From: Planktothrix pseudagardhii
Lineage (GTDB): Bacteria; Cyanobacteriota; Cyanobacteriia; Cyanobacteriales; Microcoleaceae
Assembly (NCBI RefSeq): GCF_904830925.1
Contig: NZ_LR882967.1
Location: 3,298,106 to 3,362,105, forward strand
Length of the DNA stretch: 64,000 nucleotides
Reading direction: 5' to 3'
The notes beneath the pieces were generated by a model. The model made no database searches. It saw nothing but the letters and a program-made list of their open reading frames with translations, and had not been told where the DNA came from. Within the stretch, counting starts at the first letter, position 1, and every line of letters begins with the position of its first letter. The translations under genes were made by a program, and so were the position numbers. This document shows positions 35,235 through 45,397 of this stretch, piece by piece.

Positions 35235-36065
35235 TTATTTTTCAAAATTGGAAGGACTATCAACCTCATCATCAGAATAGTCTACGGGTCGATATTCAAC
35301 ATAATCAGTTGAATTCGTGTTGCGATTGCGATCTTCAGAATAACGATATTCTGAAGAAGAAGAAGAAGAAGAGGAGGGACGACGACGAGAACGGGGTGTT
35401 TCAGAAACGGCCCAATCCTCTTTCTCTACTGAAGGTGATGCGGGAGGACGGTTAGGACGCTTTCTAGCCGATCTTTCTTCCCGTTCTCTGGGGGGTTCTC
35501 CCCAGTCAGATGCAGTGTCAGGACGAGATTCAGGACGGGGACGACGCTTGCGAGGACGATCTTCTACCGGAGGATAGTCAACACTGCTATTTTTGCGGCT
35601 AGAGGGACGCCGACGGACAGCATCATCGTCATAGCTATCGGCTCTACTTAAACGAGTATCCCGACTCCCGCGAATTTGACGAGCCATGGGCATATATTCG
35701 TCGGTGGGTTCGAGTTCGTCTAATTCTGCATCGACCCGATAAACGTTACTGACATAGCGTTCATCATCCACAATGGGGGCTCGTTCTTTAGCTTGGACAA
35801 CGGCAATTCCTCTGAGGCGAATACTTTCCACCGCAAAGAAAATCGCACTTCCCGTTAATAAAAATTGACCAAACGCTAGAATGGGATCAAGTCGCCATCC
35901 CTGAAAGAGCAGAATCCCGCCACAAAGTAACCCGATGGCCGCAAAGAAAATATCATGATCCCGTGCCAGTTTTGGACGCCAGGAACGCAGGAAATATAAT
36001 CCAGCACCAGCAACCGCGAGGATAATCCCGACTAAGCTGCTGAAATTTAAACCTAAATTAACCAT
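35235..36065 (-). CDS. ycf66: Ycf66-family membrane protein with an acidic, Ser/Arg-rich C-terminal tail.
   Basis: MVNLGLNFSSLVGIILAVAGAGLYFLRSWRPKLARDHDIFFAAIGLLCGGILLFQGW matches the conserved cyanobacterial Ycf66 N-terminus. Confidence 0.7.
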   Translation of the reverse strand: MVNLGLNFSSLVGIILAVAGAGLYFLRSWRPKLARDHDIFFAAIGLLCGGILLFQGWRLDPILAFGQFLLTGSAIFFAVESIRLRGIAVVQAKERAPIVDDERYVSNVYRVDAELDELEPTDEYMPMARQIRGSRDTRLSRADSYDDDAVRRRPSSRKNSSVDYPPVEDRPRKRRPRPESRPDTASDWGEPPREREERSARKRPNRPPASPSVEKEDWAVSETPRSRRRPSSSSSSSSEYRYSEDRNRNTNSTDYVEYRPVDYSDDEVDSPSNFEK

Positions 36066-36266
36066 TATTCGTTCTCCTATGCCAGTCCTATCTTAGCGAG
36101 TTCTCTTGAGAATCTCTACTGATCGGCACTTCTGGATGGGTATTGTTGGCAAAATAAACAGGAGGGGCTAGGGATTCAGATTAAGTTCTGACTTCTTAGC
36201 CCCTAAGTTTATCGGTTTAACAAGGATTTTGGCAAGTGTACCAAGACTTGTCTCCAGAGAGTCGGT

Positions 36267-36386
36267 CTAGGAACGAATGATTTTATCCTTCTGGCTGATA
36301 AAAATCAGACCGACGGTGGCGGGAATCACCACAATCAGAATTCCAGCCAGCAAACTATAGAAAAAGTTCATCAATGAAGGTGTCAT
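36267..36386 (-). CDS. psbX: Photosystem II PsbX-like small subunit (39 aa). The 60-aa ORF track misses it.
   Basis: The translation MTPSLMNFFYSLLAGILIVVIPATVGLIFISQKDKIIRS has one TM helix. The MTPSL...ISQKDKI.RS pattern matches cyanobacterial PsbX. Confidence 0.6.
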   Translation of the reverse strand: MTPSLMNFFYSLLAGILIVVIPATVGLIFISQKDKIIRS

Positions 36387-36588
36387 AACAAATGCGATCC
36401 TTGTCTTAGAATAATTTCTTGGTCTACTATTTTAACAATACTTGACACTCCATCGTCCTAGAAAGGCGATAATTCTGAGTTAATCCCGTTTTCGGTTAAA
36501 ATCTGGGGCAGCCATTCCCCGGTTTCTGAGAAAATACCCCAAAACCGTTAAAATTAATCTCAGAAGCAGTAACAAAACTTAAAATATT

Positions 36589-36879
36589 TTGTCTCATCTT
36601 ATGAATACAACCATTTTAATGTGGGGTTTAGGCTTAATTCTAGGTTTAATGACGTTTTTGTTTATTTTCAGAATCGTCCTAACGTGGTATCCCCAAGTCA
36701 ATCAACAGCGTTTTCCTTTCAACTTGATTGTTTGGCCGACAGAACCCTTTTTAGTCGTCACCCGTAAAATCGTTCCTCCTTTGGGAGGTGTAGATATCAC
36801 CCCGATTATCTGGGTGGGGATTTTCAGTCTGCTGCGGGAAATGCTCCTTGGTCAACAGGGACTATTACGAATGCTGTAA
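36589..36879 (+). CDS. YggT/Ycf19-family membrane protein.
   Basis: ...FRIVLTWYPQVN....PFNLIVWPTEPFLVVTRKIVPPLGGVDITPIIWVGIFSLLRE is the YGGT family signature. Confidence 0.7.
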   Translation: MSHLMNTTILMWGLGLILGLMTFLFIFRIVLTWYPQVNQQRFPFNLIVWPTEPFLVVTRKIVPPLGGVDITPIIWVGIFSLLREMLLGQQGLLRML

Positions 36880-36945
36880 CAACCCCTGTAAAAGGCTGGG
36901 AACTCAACCCATATTGTTTTCTAGCTTTTGCCTTTTGCAAACGTC

Positions 36946-37305
36946 CTAATTTTCGTAATAGGTGTAACTCCCACCGTCGCAGACATTAACTCCTGATTGA
37001 ATTAATTCACCCCGTCCGACACTGCCATCATCACTAGGGCCTAATACCCCTTTGAAATCATAGTGGCAATCTTCACGGCCATCATCAATCGTGATTTCCG
37101 TTGACTCTCCTGGGGGAAGAACATCAACTCCCAAAATATCTTCTTCCCAATCACTGGTACTTGGAGGCGAAGCATAGAATGATTCTAAAGTTCGACTGGT
37201 ACCGTTAACGAGAGTGAATTTTACACTTTGAGTCTGGGCTTTCGCTTCAGTTGCAAATAAACTCAGGAGCAAGGTTAGTCCAATTAATACTCTAAATTTC
37301 AACAT
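36946..37305 (-). CDS. Small secreted hypothetical protein.
   Basis: It has an N-terminal signal peptide (MLKFRVLIGLTLLLSLFATEAKA). I recognise no other motif. Confidence 0.4.
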   Translation of the reverse strand: MLKFRVLIGLTLLLSLFATEAKAQTQSVKFTLVNGTSRTLESFYASPPSTSDWEEDILGVDVLPPGESTEITIDDGREDCHYDFKGVLGPSDDGSVGRGELIQSGVNVCDGGSYTYYEN

Positions 37306-37544
37306 GGGTGATAATCCGGTAGAAATTATAGTTGAGTTTATAACAACACAACGACCCTGAACATCCGAGAATTTACTTAACTTTGAGATTGTGGCCTATT
37401 CACCCCAGAGGGTGAGATTGTAAGCTTTTAATATTATTATAGAAGGATTGAATTAAACGGCTGAATCAAAAAGGTGTATTATGTCCGATATCTTGGCGGT
37501 TTTGCCTTGAATCTTCATAACAACTCTATTGTCTAAGCCTATTT

Positions 37545-39209
37545 ATGTTACGCCGAATTATTCAATTTTTCAAACGACTGATTCAACGCCTGTTTGGGAA
37601 ACAGCCCTCTCCTCCATCCCCAACTTCCGAAGCCATTCCTACTCGGACAGATACGGAATATGAAGCACTGTTTCTGCAACTCTTGGACACAGTGCAACAA
37701 GGTGCTAGTCGGGGACAAGTTAAAGGCTGGTTGATTGGGAATAAAGTTCAAGAAGGGGAGTTAGTGGCTTGGTTACAACGCTTTGGAAACCGACTCCTAC
37801 AAACACCTAGCCAACATGAAGAACTCGCACGACGAATGTTACTGTTAGCGAGTTTGGAAATTGGAGAAATAGGAGATATTTCAGCACGCATTGGGAGAAG
37901 TATCTTGGAACAGATAGCTCCACCAACAGAGTCAAAAATCTTAGATAACAGAGAAGCTTATCCAATTATTGATGCGGAATTTGCGGGTGATGGGGTAACG
38001 GTTCCCTCTCCTGCACAACCTTCAGAGAATGTTGGGGTGTATCCAATTATTGAAGCGGAATTTCTGGAAGATGGAGTAACGGTCTCAACGGAGGAAGAAA
38101 CCCCAATTATTGAGGAACCTCTTGTTGATTATCAACCGGAAATTCTGCCAGAAGAAACCCCAATTATTGAGGAACCTCTTGTTGATTATCAACCGGAAAT
38201 TCTGCCAGAAGAAATCCCAATTATTGAGGAACATCCTGTTAATTATCAACCGGAAATTCTGCCAGAAGAAACCCCAATTATTGAGGAACATCCTGTTAAT
38301 TATCAACCGGAAATTCTGCCAGAAGAAATCCCAATTATTGAGGAACATCCTGTTAATTATCAACCGGAAATTCTGCCAGAAGAAACCCCAATTATTGAGG
38401 AACATCCTGTTAATTATCAACCGGAAATTCTGCCAGAAGAAACCCCAATTATTGAGGAACATCTTGTTAATTATCAACCGGAAATTCTGCCAGAAGAAAC
38501 CCCAATTATTGAGGAACATCTTGTTAATTATCAACCGGAAATTCTGCCAGAAGAAACCCCAATTATTGAGAGAACTTCCTCTGAGGTAGAGGAATGGTTT
38601 GAACAAGGCATTAAACAAGATGCAGCCGGGGATTTTGAAGCTGCTTTACTATCCTTTAATACAGCAATTCAACTCCAACCCGATCATATTTGTGTTTGGT
38701 TTTATCGGGGTAATACTCTCAAAAGTTTAGGCCGACTTGAAGAAGCGTTAGACTCCTTTGAACAAGCGATTAGACTGCATCCAGAATATGCTGATGCTTG
38801 GAATAATCGCGGAAGTATCTTAGAGATTTTAAGCCGAATTGAAGAAGCCTTACAATCCTATGAACTGGCTCTGGAGTTAGAACCGAATGATGCCTATGTT
38901 TGGAATAATCGCGGAAATGTGTTGTCCGATTTAGGGAGATTAGAAGAAGCATTAGACTGTTATCAACAAGCCATTGAATTAGAACCCAACTATTTTAATG
39001 CCTTGTATAATCGAGGATTTTCTATGCTCAATTTAGGGAGATTAGAAGAAGGCTTAATTTCTTTTAATCAAGCTCTGGAATTGCAACCTAATGATGCAGA
39101 TGTCTGGTATAATCTGGGTCTAACTTTGCAAGAGTTAGGGCAAACTGAAGAAGCCGTTGCAGCCTTTGAAAAAGCAAAAGAACTGCAACCCGATGAAGAT
39201 GAAAGTTAA
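37545..39209 (+). CDS. TPR-repeat protein with an internal array of 20-aa acidic/proline tandem repeats.
   Basis: The C-terminal half has at least six TPR units (AWNNRGSIL...ALQSYELALELEPN...). The middle has 8 copies of EETPIIEEHPVNYQPEILPE. Confidence 0.7.
   Translation: MLRRIIQFFKRLIQRLFGKQPSPPSPTSEAIPTRTDTEYEALFLQLLDTVQQGASRGQVKGWLIGNKVQEGELVAWLQRFGNRLLQTPSQHEELARRMLLLASLEIGEIGDISARIGRSILEQIAPPTESKILDNREAYPIIDAEFAGDGVTVPSPAQPSENVGVYPIIEAEFLEDGVTVSTEEETPIIEEPLVDYQPEILPEETPIIEEPLVDYQPEILPEEIPIIEEHPVNYQPEILPEETPIIEEHPVNYQPEILPEEIPIIEEHPVNYQPEILPEETPIIEEHPVNYQPEILPEETPIIEEHLVNYQPEILPEETPIIEEHLVNYQPEILPEETPIIERTSSEVEEWFEQGIKQDAAGDFEAALLSFNTAIQLQPDHICVWFYRGNTLKSLGRLEEALDSFEQAIRLHPEYADAWNNRGSILEILSRIEEALQSYELALELEPNDAYVWNNRGNVLSDLGRLEEALDCYQQAIELEPNYFNALYNRGFSMLNLGRLEEGLISFNQALELQPNDADVWYNLGLTLQELGQTEEAVAAFEKAKELQPDEDES
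38095..38570 (+). repeat. Eight near-perfect 60-bp tandem repeats inside the TPR protein gene.
   Basis: GAAACCCCAATTATTGAGGAACATCCTGTTAATTATCAACCGGAAATTCTGCCAGAAGAA recurs with a few point differences. Confidence 0.9.
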
Positions 39210-39344
39210 CCCAATACAATAGGGTGCGTGATCCTTCGCTTCGCTCCCCACAGCGCACGCACTCTATTCGTAATATGAAGTCCTTAAATATTGGCTACAA
39301 ATAATTGTCAGATGGCTAATCACTTTTTCTCACCCCCTATTCCC

Positions 39345-39430
39345 TATTTTCTTTTCCCTTCTGTTCCCGGTTCGTAATTCGTAATTCCCTATTCCCTATT
39401 CCCTATTCCCTATTCCCTGTTCCCTACTAG
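39345..39430. repeat. STRR-like heptanucleotide tandem array (CCCTATT / TTCGTAA units).
   Basis: The array reads TTCGTAATTCGTAATTCCCTATTCCCTATTCCCTATTCCCTATTCCCTGTTCCCTACT. Related GGGAACA arrays lie at 41801-41865, 57511-57530 and 35190-35225. A CAGTTAT x6 array lies at 43571-43610. Confidence 0.8.
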
Positions 39431-39502
39431 ATCTTAAAAATAACCCTTGATTTTCTACCCAGAACACTGCACAATAGTTGAGGTTGAATATCCTAAAATC
39501 TT

Positions 39503-40012
39503 GTGAAACCTTCTGAGGACTTGCATTTTCAATCTTCTTTATCTTTTTCCATTCCTATAAGGATCGTGGCTGTTGTTGCGATCGCCTTTTCCCTCATTAG
39601 TTGTAGCAGTAAATCTGCCGAATGTACAAAACTGATTAGTGCTATTGGTGAAGGTCAAACCTTAGTGGTTAATCTCAGTCCTCAAGGGGATGCAATAACA
39701 ACCCTAAAACTCTCACAACAATTAAATCAAATTTCTCAGGACATTGAAACCTTAAAAATTCAAGATAAACCTTTACAAACCATTCAAAAAAACGCTACCC
39801 AACAATTTAGAGACCTATCCAACAGCCTCAAACAACTCGGTGAAACCTTAACGACTGCGGAGAAAGCCTCTATTACCCCAGAGGGAAAACAACAACTCTT
39901 ACAAGCGCAACAAACCGTCCAAGAAGTCGGAGAAAAAGCCAAACAAACTGCTTCTCAAAATGAAGCTTTATTTAAAGAATTAGTGAATTATTGCCCGAAG
40001 AAAGAAACCTGA
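39503..40012 (+). CDS. Hypothetical lipoprotein.
   Basis: A lipobox (AFSLISC) follows a hydrophobic signal segment. The rest is Q/K/E-rich with coiled-coil character. Confidence 0.4.
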   Translation: MKPSEDLHFQSSLSFSIPIRIVAVVAIAFSLISCSSKSAECTKLISAIGEGQTLVVNLSPQGDAITTLKLSQQLNQISQDIETLKIQDKPLQTIQKNATQQFRDLSNSLKQLGETLTTAEKASITPEGKQQLLQAQQTVQEVGEKAKQTASQNEALFKELVNYCPKKET

Positions 40013-40317
40013 ACAGGGGTATTGACTATTGCCTTTTATTGAGTACCAAGTGCAGAGCCAGAAGCTAATGATTTCCCCTCCCCCTCCTCTTCTCCCCTTG
40101 CTCCCCTTTCCTTCTCCTTGTCCCTAATATTCAAGGTAATAAACTCTTAAGGCTCCATCCGGCAACTACCCCAATAAAAAATGCCCAGAGTTGACCTGTT
40201 TTCAAGATATGGTTCCAAGTTCTGACAAAATCAGCAACAATATCCACATCCACTTGTTGAGCTAAAATCGGGGCTTGGGTTATCAAGTCTAAACTGTGAT
40301 AAAAACTATTAACTCCA

Positions 40318-41790
40318 TCAATAGGATTCAGTATCAGAACCGTGATCATCAAGATTACCTCCGTTGTTGGGTTGAACTTGCAACACCACAAGGGTCATAT
40401 CATCTCCATTTCGATTTCCTGAACCAATAAATTGTTGAACTTGTTCAAACAAATATTCCAGAATCAATTGGGGATTTCTACAATTTTGACACGCCCAATG
40501 AAAAGCTTTACTAAGATTTTCCTCATCAAAGCGATCGCCCCGTTGATTCATAGCATCGGTAAATCCATCCGTATAATAAATTAGGGTATCCCCAGGAGAA
40601 AGTTGGATTTGAGCTTCATAATAGCAACTATCCGCATCTAAACCAATCAACATTCCCAGAGTATCTAACCGTCGAATAGTATTCGTTGCTACTTGCCATA
40701 ATAACGGGGGATGGTGAGCGGCATTGCTATAGGACAACATTCGAGTTGCCGGATCATATTCTGAATAGAATAACGTCACAAAGCGGTTAGAGTTTTCTAA
40801 ATCCGCATACATGACTTGATTCAAATGCCCCAAAATTTGAGCCGGAGAATGGCGGTTTAGAACTTCAGCCCGCAGCATTCCCCGTGTCATGGTCATAATT
40901 AAACCCGCCGGAACTCCTTTACCCATGACATCCCCAATCACAATACTCCAGCGTTCATCCTGATGAATAGAGGGATGATCACCCCGTTTGTCAAAATTAG
41001 AGGGAATAAAATCATAATAATCCCCACCCACTCGGTTAGCCGTTTGACATTGGGCAGCAATATCTAAACCGGGGATAGTCGGGCATTTTCGAGGTAGTAA
41101 TTGTAACTGAATTTCTGCCCCAATTTCTAACTCTCGATCTAAGCGTTCTTTTTCCCGCAGGGATGTTGCTAACTCATCATTAGCGATCGCAACGGCGGTT
41201 TGATCCGCGACTAATCGAATTAATTTTTGACGGGTCGGTGTCCAAACGTAATTGGCATCATGACTAAAAACATATAGCCGTCCCCGTTCCGTATTATTGA
41301 CCAAAATTGGTGTGCCAAATAGCTGCACATCAGAACCCAGGTAGCGACTCACCTGATAATCTAAATTCGCTGTATAGGTTTGTAAAGCCGATTCAGACAA
41401 GTCTCCCAGGCTGGTTTTTGGCATCAACGAGATTTGTCGGGTCACAGTTTCAATTGCTTGTCGAATATCTTGACACTGGCGTCCTTCCTGACAATGGAGC
41501 CGTTGAAATCGGACTTGTCCGTTGGGTTTAAATAGGACTAATGCTCCCCCATCGGCATCTGTTACCCGACTGGCTACTAAGGGAGTTAACTCTAAAAATT
41601 GATTCAGGTTGTTGAAGCTACGCAGGGCATACCCCAAGGAACTTAACAACTCGTTCACGTTTTGCTGTTCTCGATGCAAACGCGCCACCAGTTCTTTCAG
41701 GGTGAAAACTGGTGTGGTCTCTGGTGTTGCAGAACCCGAAATCGAGTCAGCAAATTGATCGGAGCGTCTGGGTAGGGGCAAGGCTGTCAT
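40318..41790 (-). CDS. GAF-domain-containing PP2C/SpoIIE-family serine phosphatase (RsbU-like).
   Basis: The C-terminal PPM domain has ...IVIGDVMGKGVPAGLIMTMTRGMLR... and ...TLIYYTDGFTDA.... The start is probably the internal ATG (MTALPLPRR) at 41790, which leaves the heptamer array outside the CDS. Confidence 0.7.
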   Translation of the reverse strand: MTALPLPRRSDQFADSISGSATPETTPVFTLKELVARLHREQQNVNELLSSLGYALRSFNNLNQFLELTPLVASRVTDADGGALVLFKPNGQVRFQRLHCQEGRQCQDIRQAIETVTRQISLMPKTSLGDLSESALQTYTANLDYQVSRYLGSDVQLFGTPILVNNTERGRLYVFSHDANYVWTPTRQKLIRLVADQTAVAIANDELATSLREKERLDRELEIGAEIQLQLLPRKCPTIPGLDIAAQCQTANRVGGDYYDFIPSNFDKRGDHPSIHQDERWSIVIGDVMGKGVPAGLIMTMTRGMLRAEVLNRHSPAQILGHLNQVMYADLENSNRFVTLFYSEYDPATRMLSYSNAAHHPPLLWQVATNTIRRLDTLGMLIGLDADSCYYEAQIQLSPGDTLIYYTDGFTDAMNQRGDRFDEENLSKAFHWACQNCRNPQLILEYLFEQVQQFIGSGNRNGDDMTLVVLQVQPNNGGNLDDHGSDTESY

Positions 41791-41963
41791 GTTCAGTTTG
41801 AGGGAACAGGGAACAGGGAACAGGGGGCAGGGAGCAGGGGGAGCAGGGGGAGCAGGGGGAGCAGTGACCGCAGGGGAGAAATAATTAATTTCTGACTTCT
41901 GACTGCTGACTGCTTCTTTGCACTCTGCACATTCTTCCCTCACACTTTACATCTTTCATATCT

Positions 41964-43541
41964 CTACCCACTTAAGAGGGCTTCAATGAACTCGTAGCTG
42001 GAAAAGGGGCGCAAATCTTCGATACTTTCCCCAACTCCGATAAATCGAATCGGTAAGCCGAGTTGTTGGACAATCGCTAGGGCAACACCACCTTTAGCAG
42101 TTCCATCAAGTTTTGTCAAGACCACCCCACTGAGTTGAGCAACTTCAGAAAAAACTTCCGCCTGTCGTAACCCATTTTGGCCCAAGGTAGAATCTAAAAC
42201 TAATAATGATTGTATTTTGGCTTCTGGGGCGCGTTTATCAATCACTCGACGGATTTTATTGAGTTCCTCCATTAAATTCTTTTTATTTTGCAAGCGGCCG
42301 GCTGTATCAATAATTAATAATTCTGTATTTCGGGCTCTGGCTGCTTCAATGGCATCATAAACCACCGCCGCCGGATCGGTATTTTTTCCGGGGTTCGCCA
42401 CGACTTCAACGCCACTGCGATCGCCCCAAACTTTCACCTGATCAACGGCTGCTGCTCGAAAGGTATCTCCAGCAGCAATTAAACACCGATAATCGGATTT
42501 TTGGGCTAAATGGGCAATTTTGCCAATCGTTGTGGTTTTCCCGGCTCCATTGACTCCGGTGACTAACCAAATATTTAAGGTATCTTTCTCTGGTGCAAAG
42601 GTAATGGGATACCCCTTTTCAAAGGGTTCTTCTAAAATTCCCCTTAAAATTTGTTTGAGATAAGCGATCGCTTGTTCTGGGGGTAAGGCTTCTTGGCGGA
42701 GTTTACTTTGTAACGCTTCAATCACGCGATCCGTTGCGGCTACACCCACATCCGCTTGTAATAGCATGGATTCAATTTCATCAACAGCTTGTTGATTTAA
42801 GGGGCCTTGACCAACAATCGCTTTTAATTGGTTGAGTAAGTTGCGTCGTGTCCGTCCTAACGCTTTCCAGAGTTTCTGTAACCAGGTAATTTCTTCTAAA
42901 GCAACTTCATCGGGACGACGACCTTGATCCGCTAAGACCTGGGCCGACCACATAAACATCTCATCAAACACCATTCCTGCGTTTGAGGATGCCGTTTCGC
43001 TGGGTTCGGGTTCTTCTTCCTCAATGGCGGTTTCTTTTAACCGTTCCACCCTGGCTTGACGTTCCGTAGCTGCTGTTGCCCAAAATGGCAAGGGTTCGGA
43101 CGTTTCTAGGGTTTCTGACTGAGTTGTATCGGTTTGAGGGGTGACAACGGGTTCGGGTACTTTTACGTCCGTTTCAGCTACTTCTACAACCGTTTCAATA
43201 CTCGCTTCCGCCTCTGGTATTTCTGGGGTTAAAACCGTTGGTTCAACTTCCGGCTCTGTGATAGCTTCGGGTTCAGGTTCAGGTTCAGGTTCGGGTTCAG
43301 GTTCAGGTTCGGGTTCGGGTTCAGGTTCGGGTTCCTGTTGTTTTTGAATATTTTGATAAGCCGCTTTTGCCCACTGTAAATAATCTTCAGCAATTTGAGG
43401 TGCGGGTGGAGACGCGCTCGTCTCTACGGCTGTTTCAGTCGGTTTCTCTACCTTTTCAGGTTCAGATTTAACCTCTGGTTGTGACTCCTGAGTTTGATCC
43501 GTTTTTTCATTAAATTGACGACGAAACCAATTAAATACCAT
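41964..43541 (-). CDS. ftsY: Signal recognition particle receptor FtsY with an acidic (EP)n N-terminal region.
   Basis: The NG domain has ...IWLVTGVNGAGKTTTIGKIA...DTAGRLQNKKNLMEEL...VLTKLDGTAKGG.... The (EPEPEP)x10 segment is encoded by GGTTCAGGTTCGGGTTC repeats at about 43255-43335. Confidence 0.85.
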   Translation of the reverse strand: MVFNWFRRQFNEKTDQTQESQPEVKSEPEKVEKPTETAVETSASPPAPQIAEDYLQWAKAAYQNIQKQQEPEPEPEPEPEPEPEPEPEPEPEAITEPEVEPTVLTPEIPEAEASIETVVEVAETDVKVPEPVVTPQTDTTQSETLETSEPLPFWATAATERQARVERLKETAIEEEEPEPSETASSNAGMVFDEMFMWSAQVLADQGRRPDEVALEEITWLQKLWKALGRTRRNLLNQLKAIVGQGPLNQQAVDEIESMLLQADVGVAATDRVIEALQSKLRQEALPPEQAIAYLKQILRGILEEPFEKGYPITFAPEKDTLNIWLVTGVNGAGKTTTIGKIAHLAQKSDYRCLIAAGDTFRAAAVDQVKVWGDRSGVEVVANPGKNTDPAAVVYDAIEAARARNTELLIIDTAGRLQNKKNLMEELNKIRRVIDKRAPEAKIQSLLVLDSTLGQNGLRQAEVFSEVAQLSGVVLTKLDGTAKGGVALAIVQQLGLPIRFIGVGESIEDLRPFSSYEFIEALLSG

Positions 43542-43670
43542 AGGATTTATTTAATATTTGTTGGCTGGAATCAGTTATCAGTTATCAGTTATCAGTTATC
43601 AGTTATCAGGATAAGAGGGAACAGTTTGGGTTTTGAGAAATCCCCCTGAAATTATGATAGCTGTTGACGG

Positions 43671-44312
43671 TTAACTCTCAACTGTTAATTCTGGAACAGT
43701 CGTTTTTAATTTATCGACAAATCGACGTAGAACACCATTAATAAAGCGATAACTTTCTTCATCGCTGTAGCGTTTTGCCAGTTCAATCGCTTCATTAATT
43801 GCCACTTGTTCTTTTAAGTTTAAATACATTAATTCGGCAACGGCAATTCGTAAAATATCTCGATCAATACGGGCGAGTCGATTCAGTTGCCAATCTACCA
43901 TAGCATCGGTTAACAACTGATCAATTTCAGCTTTATGGCTATTGACTTGAATTAAAATATCAAGGGCATAATCCCGGACTTCTTGTTGATTTGCCAGTTG
44001 AACTAATTCCGGTAATTCCAGGGCGGTACTTAAGCGATTAATCGCGCCTTGAACTAATTCAATGGCTTCATGTACCATCGCTCGTGCAATGTCTAAATCA
44101 TTCGCCCGAATTTGGCTTCCTAAAAGGCGATCGCTACTGCGTTGTAACTCAGAAACAGCCGTTTCTAAAGATTCTTGACCTTCAGCAGTCAAGGTTCTGA
44201 CAGCAGCAATTAAAACATCATGTAATTCTTGAGGTTCTAGGCGCTCTGAAGTTGCTGGGAGTTGACTAATTCCCAGTAAAGCGAGTTCACGAGCAGTACG
44301 ACGAGCTTGCAT
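43671..44312 (-). CDS. nusB: Transcription antitermination factor NusB.
   Basis: It reads MQARRTARELALLGISQLP...LNRLARIDRDILRIAVAELMY.... Size is typical. Confidence 0.8.
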   Translation of the reverse strand: MQARRTARELALLGISQLPATSERLEPQELHDVLIAAVRTLTAEGQESLETAVSELQRSSDRLLGSQIRANDLDIARAMVHEAIELVQGAINRLSTALELPELVQLANQQEVRDYALDILIQVNSHKAEIDQLLTDAMVDWQLNRLARIDRDILRIAVAELMYLNLKEQVAINEAIELAKRYSDEESYRFINGVLRRFVDKLKTTVPELTVES

Positions 44313-44524
44313 AAGTTTAAGAATTTAAGAATAAGGAATAGGGAACCACAACATTAAAGAAGAATCCCTGAAAATTCAGGAAAAATTTAGAATTTTTCAC
44401 ACTTTAATGAGTGTAAAAACTTGAAATTGGAATCACCACTTTAGTCTAGTCAAAAAAATAAGGGGTTATTATTAGGGAATTTTCCCCAACCCTTGAACGT
44501 TTAATGAATCTAAACTCTAATCCG

Positions 44525-45397
44525 TTAATTTTCACTAATCCCAACGCCCTCATCTTCTAGGACAATAGATTGCAATCTATTTTCGCTGGGAAGAAGGGGT
44601 TCTAATTTAGGATTGGGTTTAGGAGGAAGAGCTTTTACCGATGAGGATGTTGAATTAACAATCCCACCAGATACGATAATTTTAAACGCATCTTCTACTG
44701 AAAGAGTGAGGTTGAGTACCTCATGTTCTGGAACAATAGCATACCATCCACTGGTGGGGTTCGGGGTAGTGGGAATAAACACACTCACCATTTCCTCAGA
44801 CAATTCTGACTGGATATCGCGGTTGACCGAACCCGTTACAAAAGCCAGTGACCAAACTCCTCGACGGGGATATTCAACTAAAACCACACGACGAAATTTA
44901 TCATTAGAATCTCGTAAAAGGGTTTCTAAAAGTTGTTTGAGAGTTTTGTAAACCGAACCCGCTAAGGGAATGGCTTGTAAGATTTTTTCGCTCACAGCCA
45001 AAAGCCACTGTCCAGCAATATTGCGAGCCATTAAACCGATAAATAATATCCCTAACAGGGGTACTGCCAACCCGACCAAAACATTAAGCAGGTTGACTAA
45101 AATCGGATGCAAACCATCAAAGGGATTAATTTGCTTAGGAATGCGGGTCAGAAACTCAATCACAGAACTGGAGATGGTGATGGTCAACCAAATCGTGGTT
45201 GCCAAAGGAATCACGACCAACAGACCTGCAATCAAGTCATTTTTTAAGTCCTGCTTCAAGCGTTGGAACACAGAGCGTCCACTCTCCTGTTTATCTAAGG
45301 GGCTGATACTTATTGTTAACGATTGTAAAGAATCATTGCAAGTACAAGCATTGTACCCAGGCTCCTCAACTCGGTCTGTACCACAAAATGGGTTCAA
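44525..45397 (-). CDS. DUF502-family membrane protein.
   Basis: ...FRRVVLVEYPRRGVWSLAFVTGSV...GWYAIVPEHEVLNL... is characteristic of DUF502. The true start may be an internal Met. Confidence 0.55.
   Translation of the reverse strand: MNPFCGTDRVEEPGYNACTCNDSLQSLTISISPLDKQESGRSVFQRLKQDLKNDLIAGLLVVIPLATTIWLTITISSSVIEFLTRIPKQINPFDGLHPILVNLLNVLVGLAVPLLGILFIGLMARNIAGQWLLAVSEKILQAIPLAGSVYKTLKQLLETLLRDSNDKFRRVVLVEYPRRGVWSLAFVTGSVNRDIQSELSEEMVSVFIPTTPNPTSGWYAIVPEHEVLNLTLSVEDAFKIIVSGGIVNSTSSSVKALPPKPNPKLEPLLPSENRLQSIVLEDEGVGISEN

Noticed and set aside
38085-38618. A 177-aa antisense ORF and a 159-aa alternative-frame ORF. Regular 60-bp repeats considered as a possible CRISPR array.
   Set aside because: The repeats are contiguous with no unique spacers and lie in-frame within a TPR protein gene. 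The extra ORFs are artefacts of the perfect repeat.
40131-40391. An 86-aa ORF overlapping the 3' end of the PP2C phosphatase gene.
   Set aside because: It overlaps a well-supported longer gene on the same strand in another frame, and it has no recognisable features.
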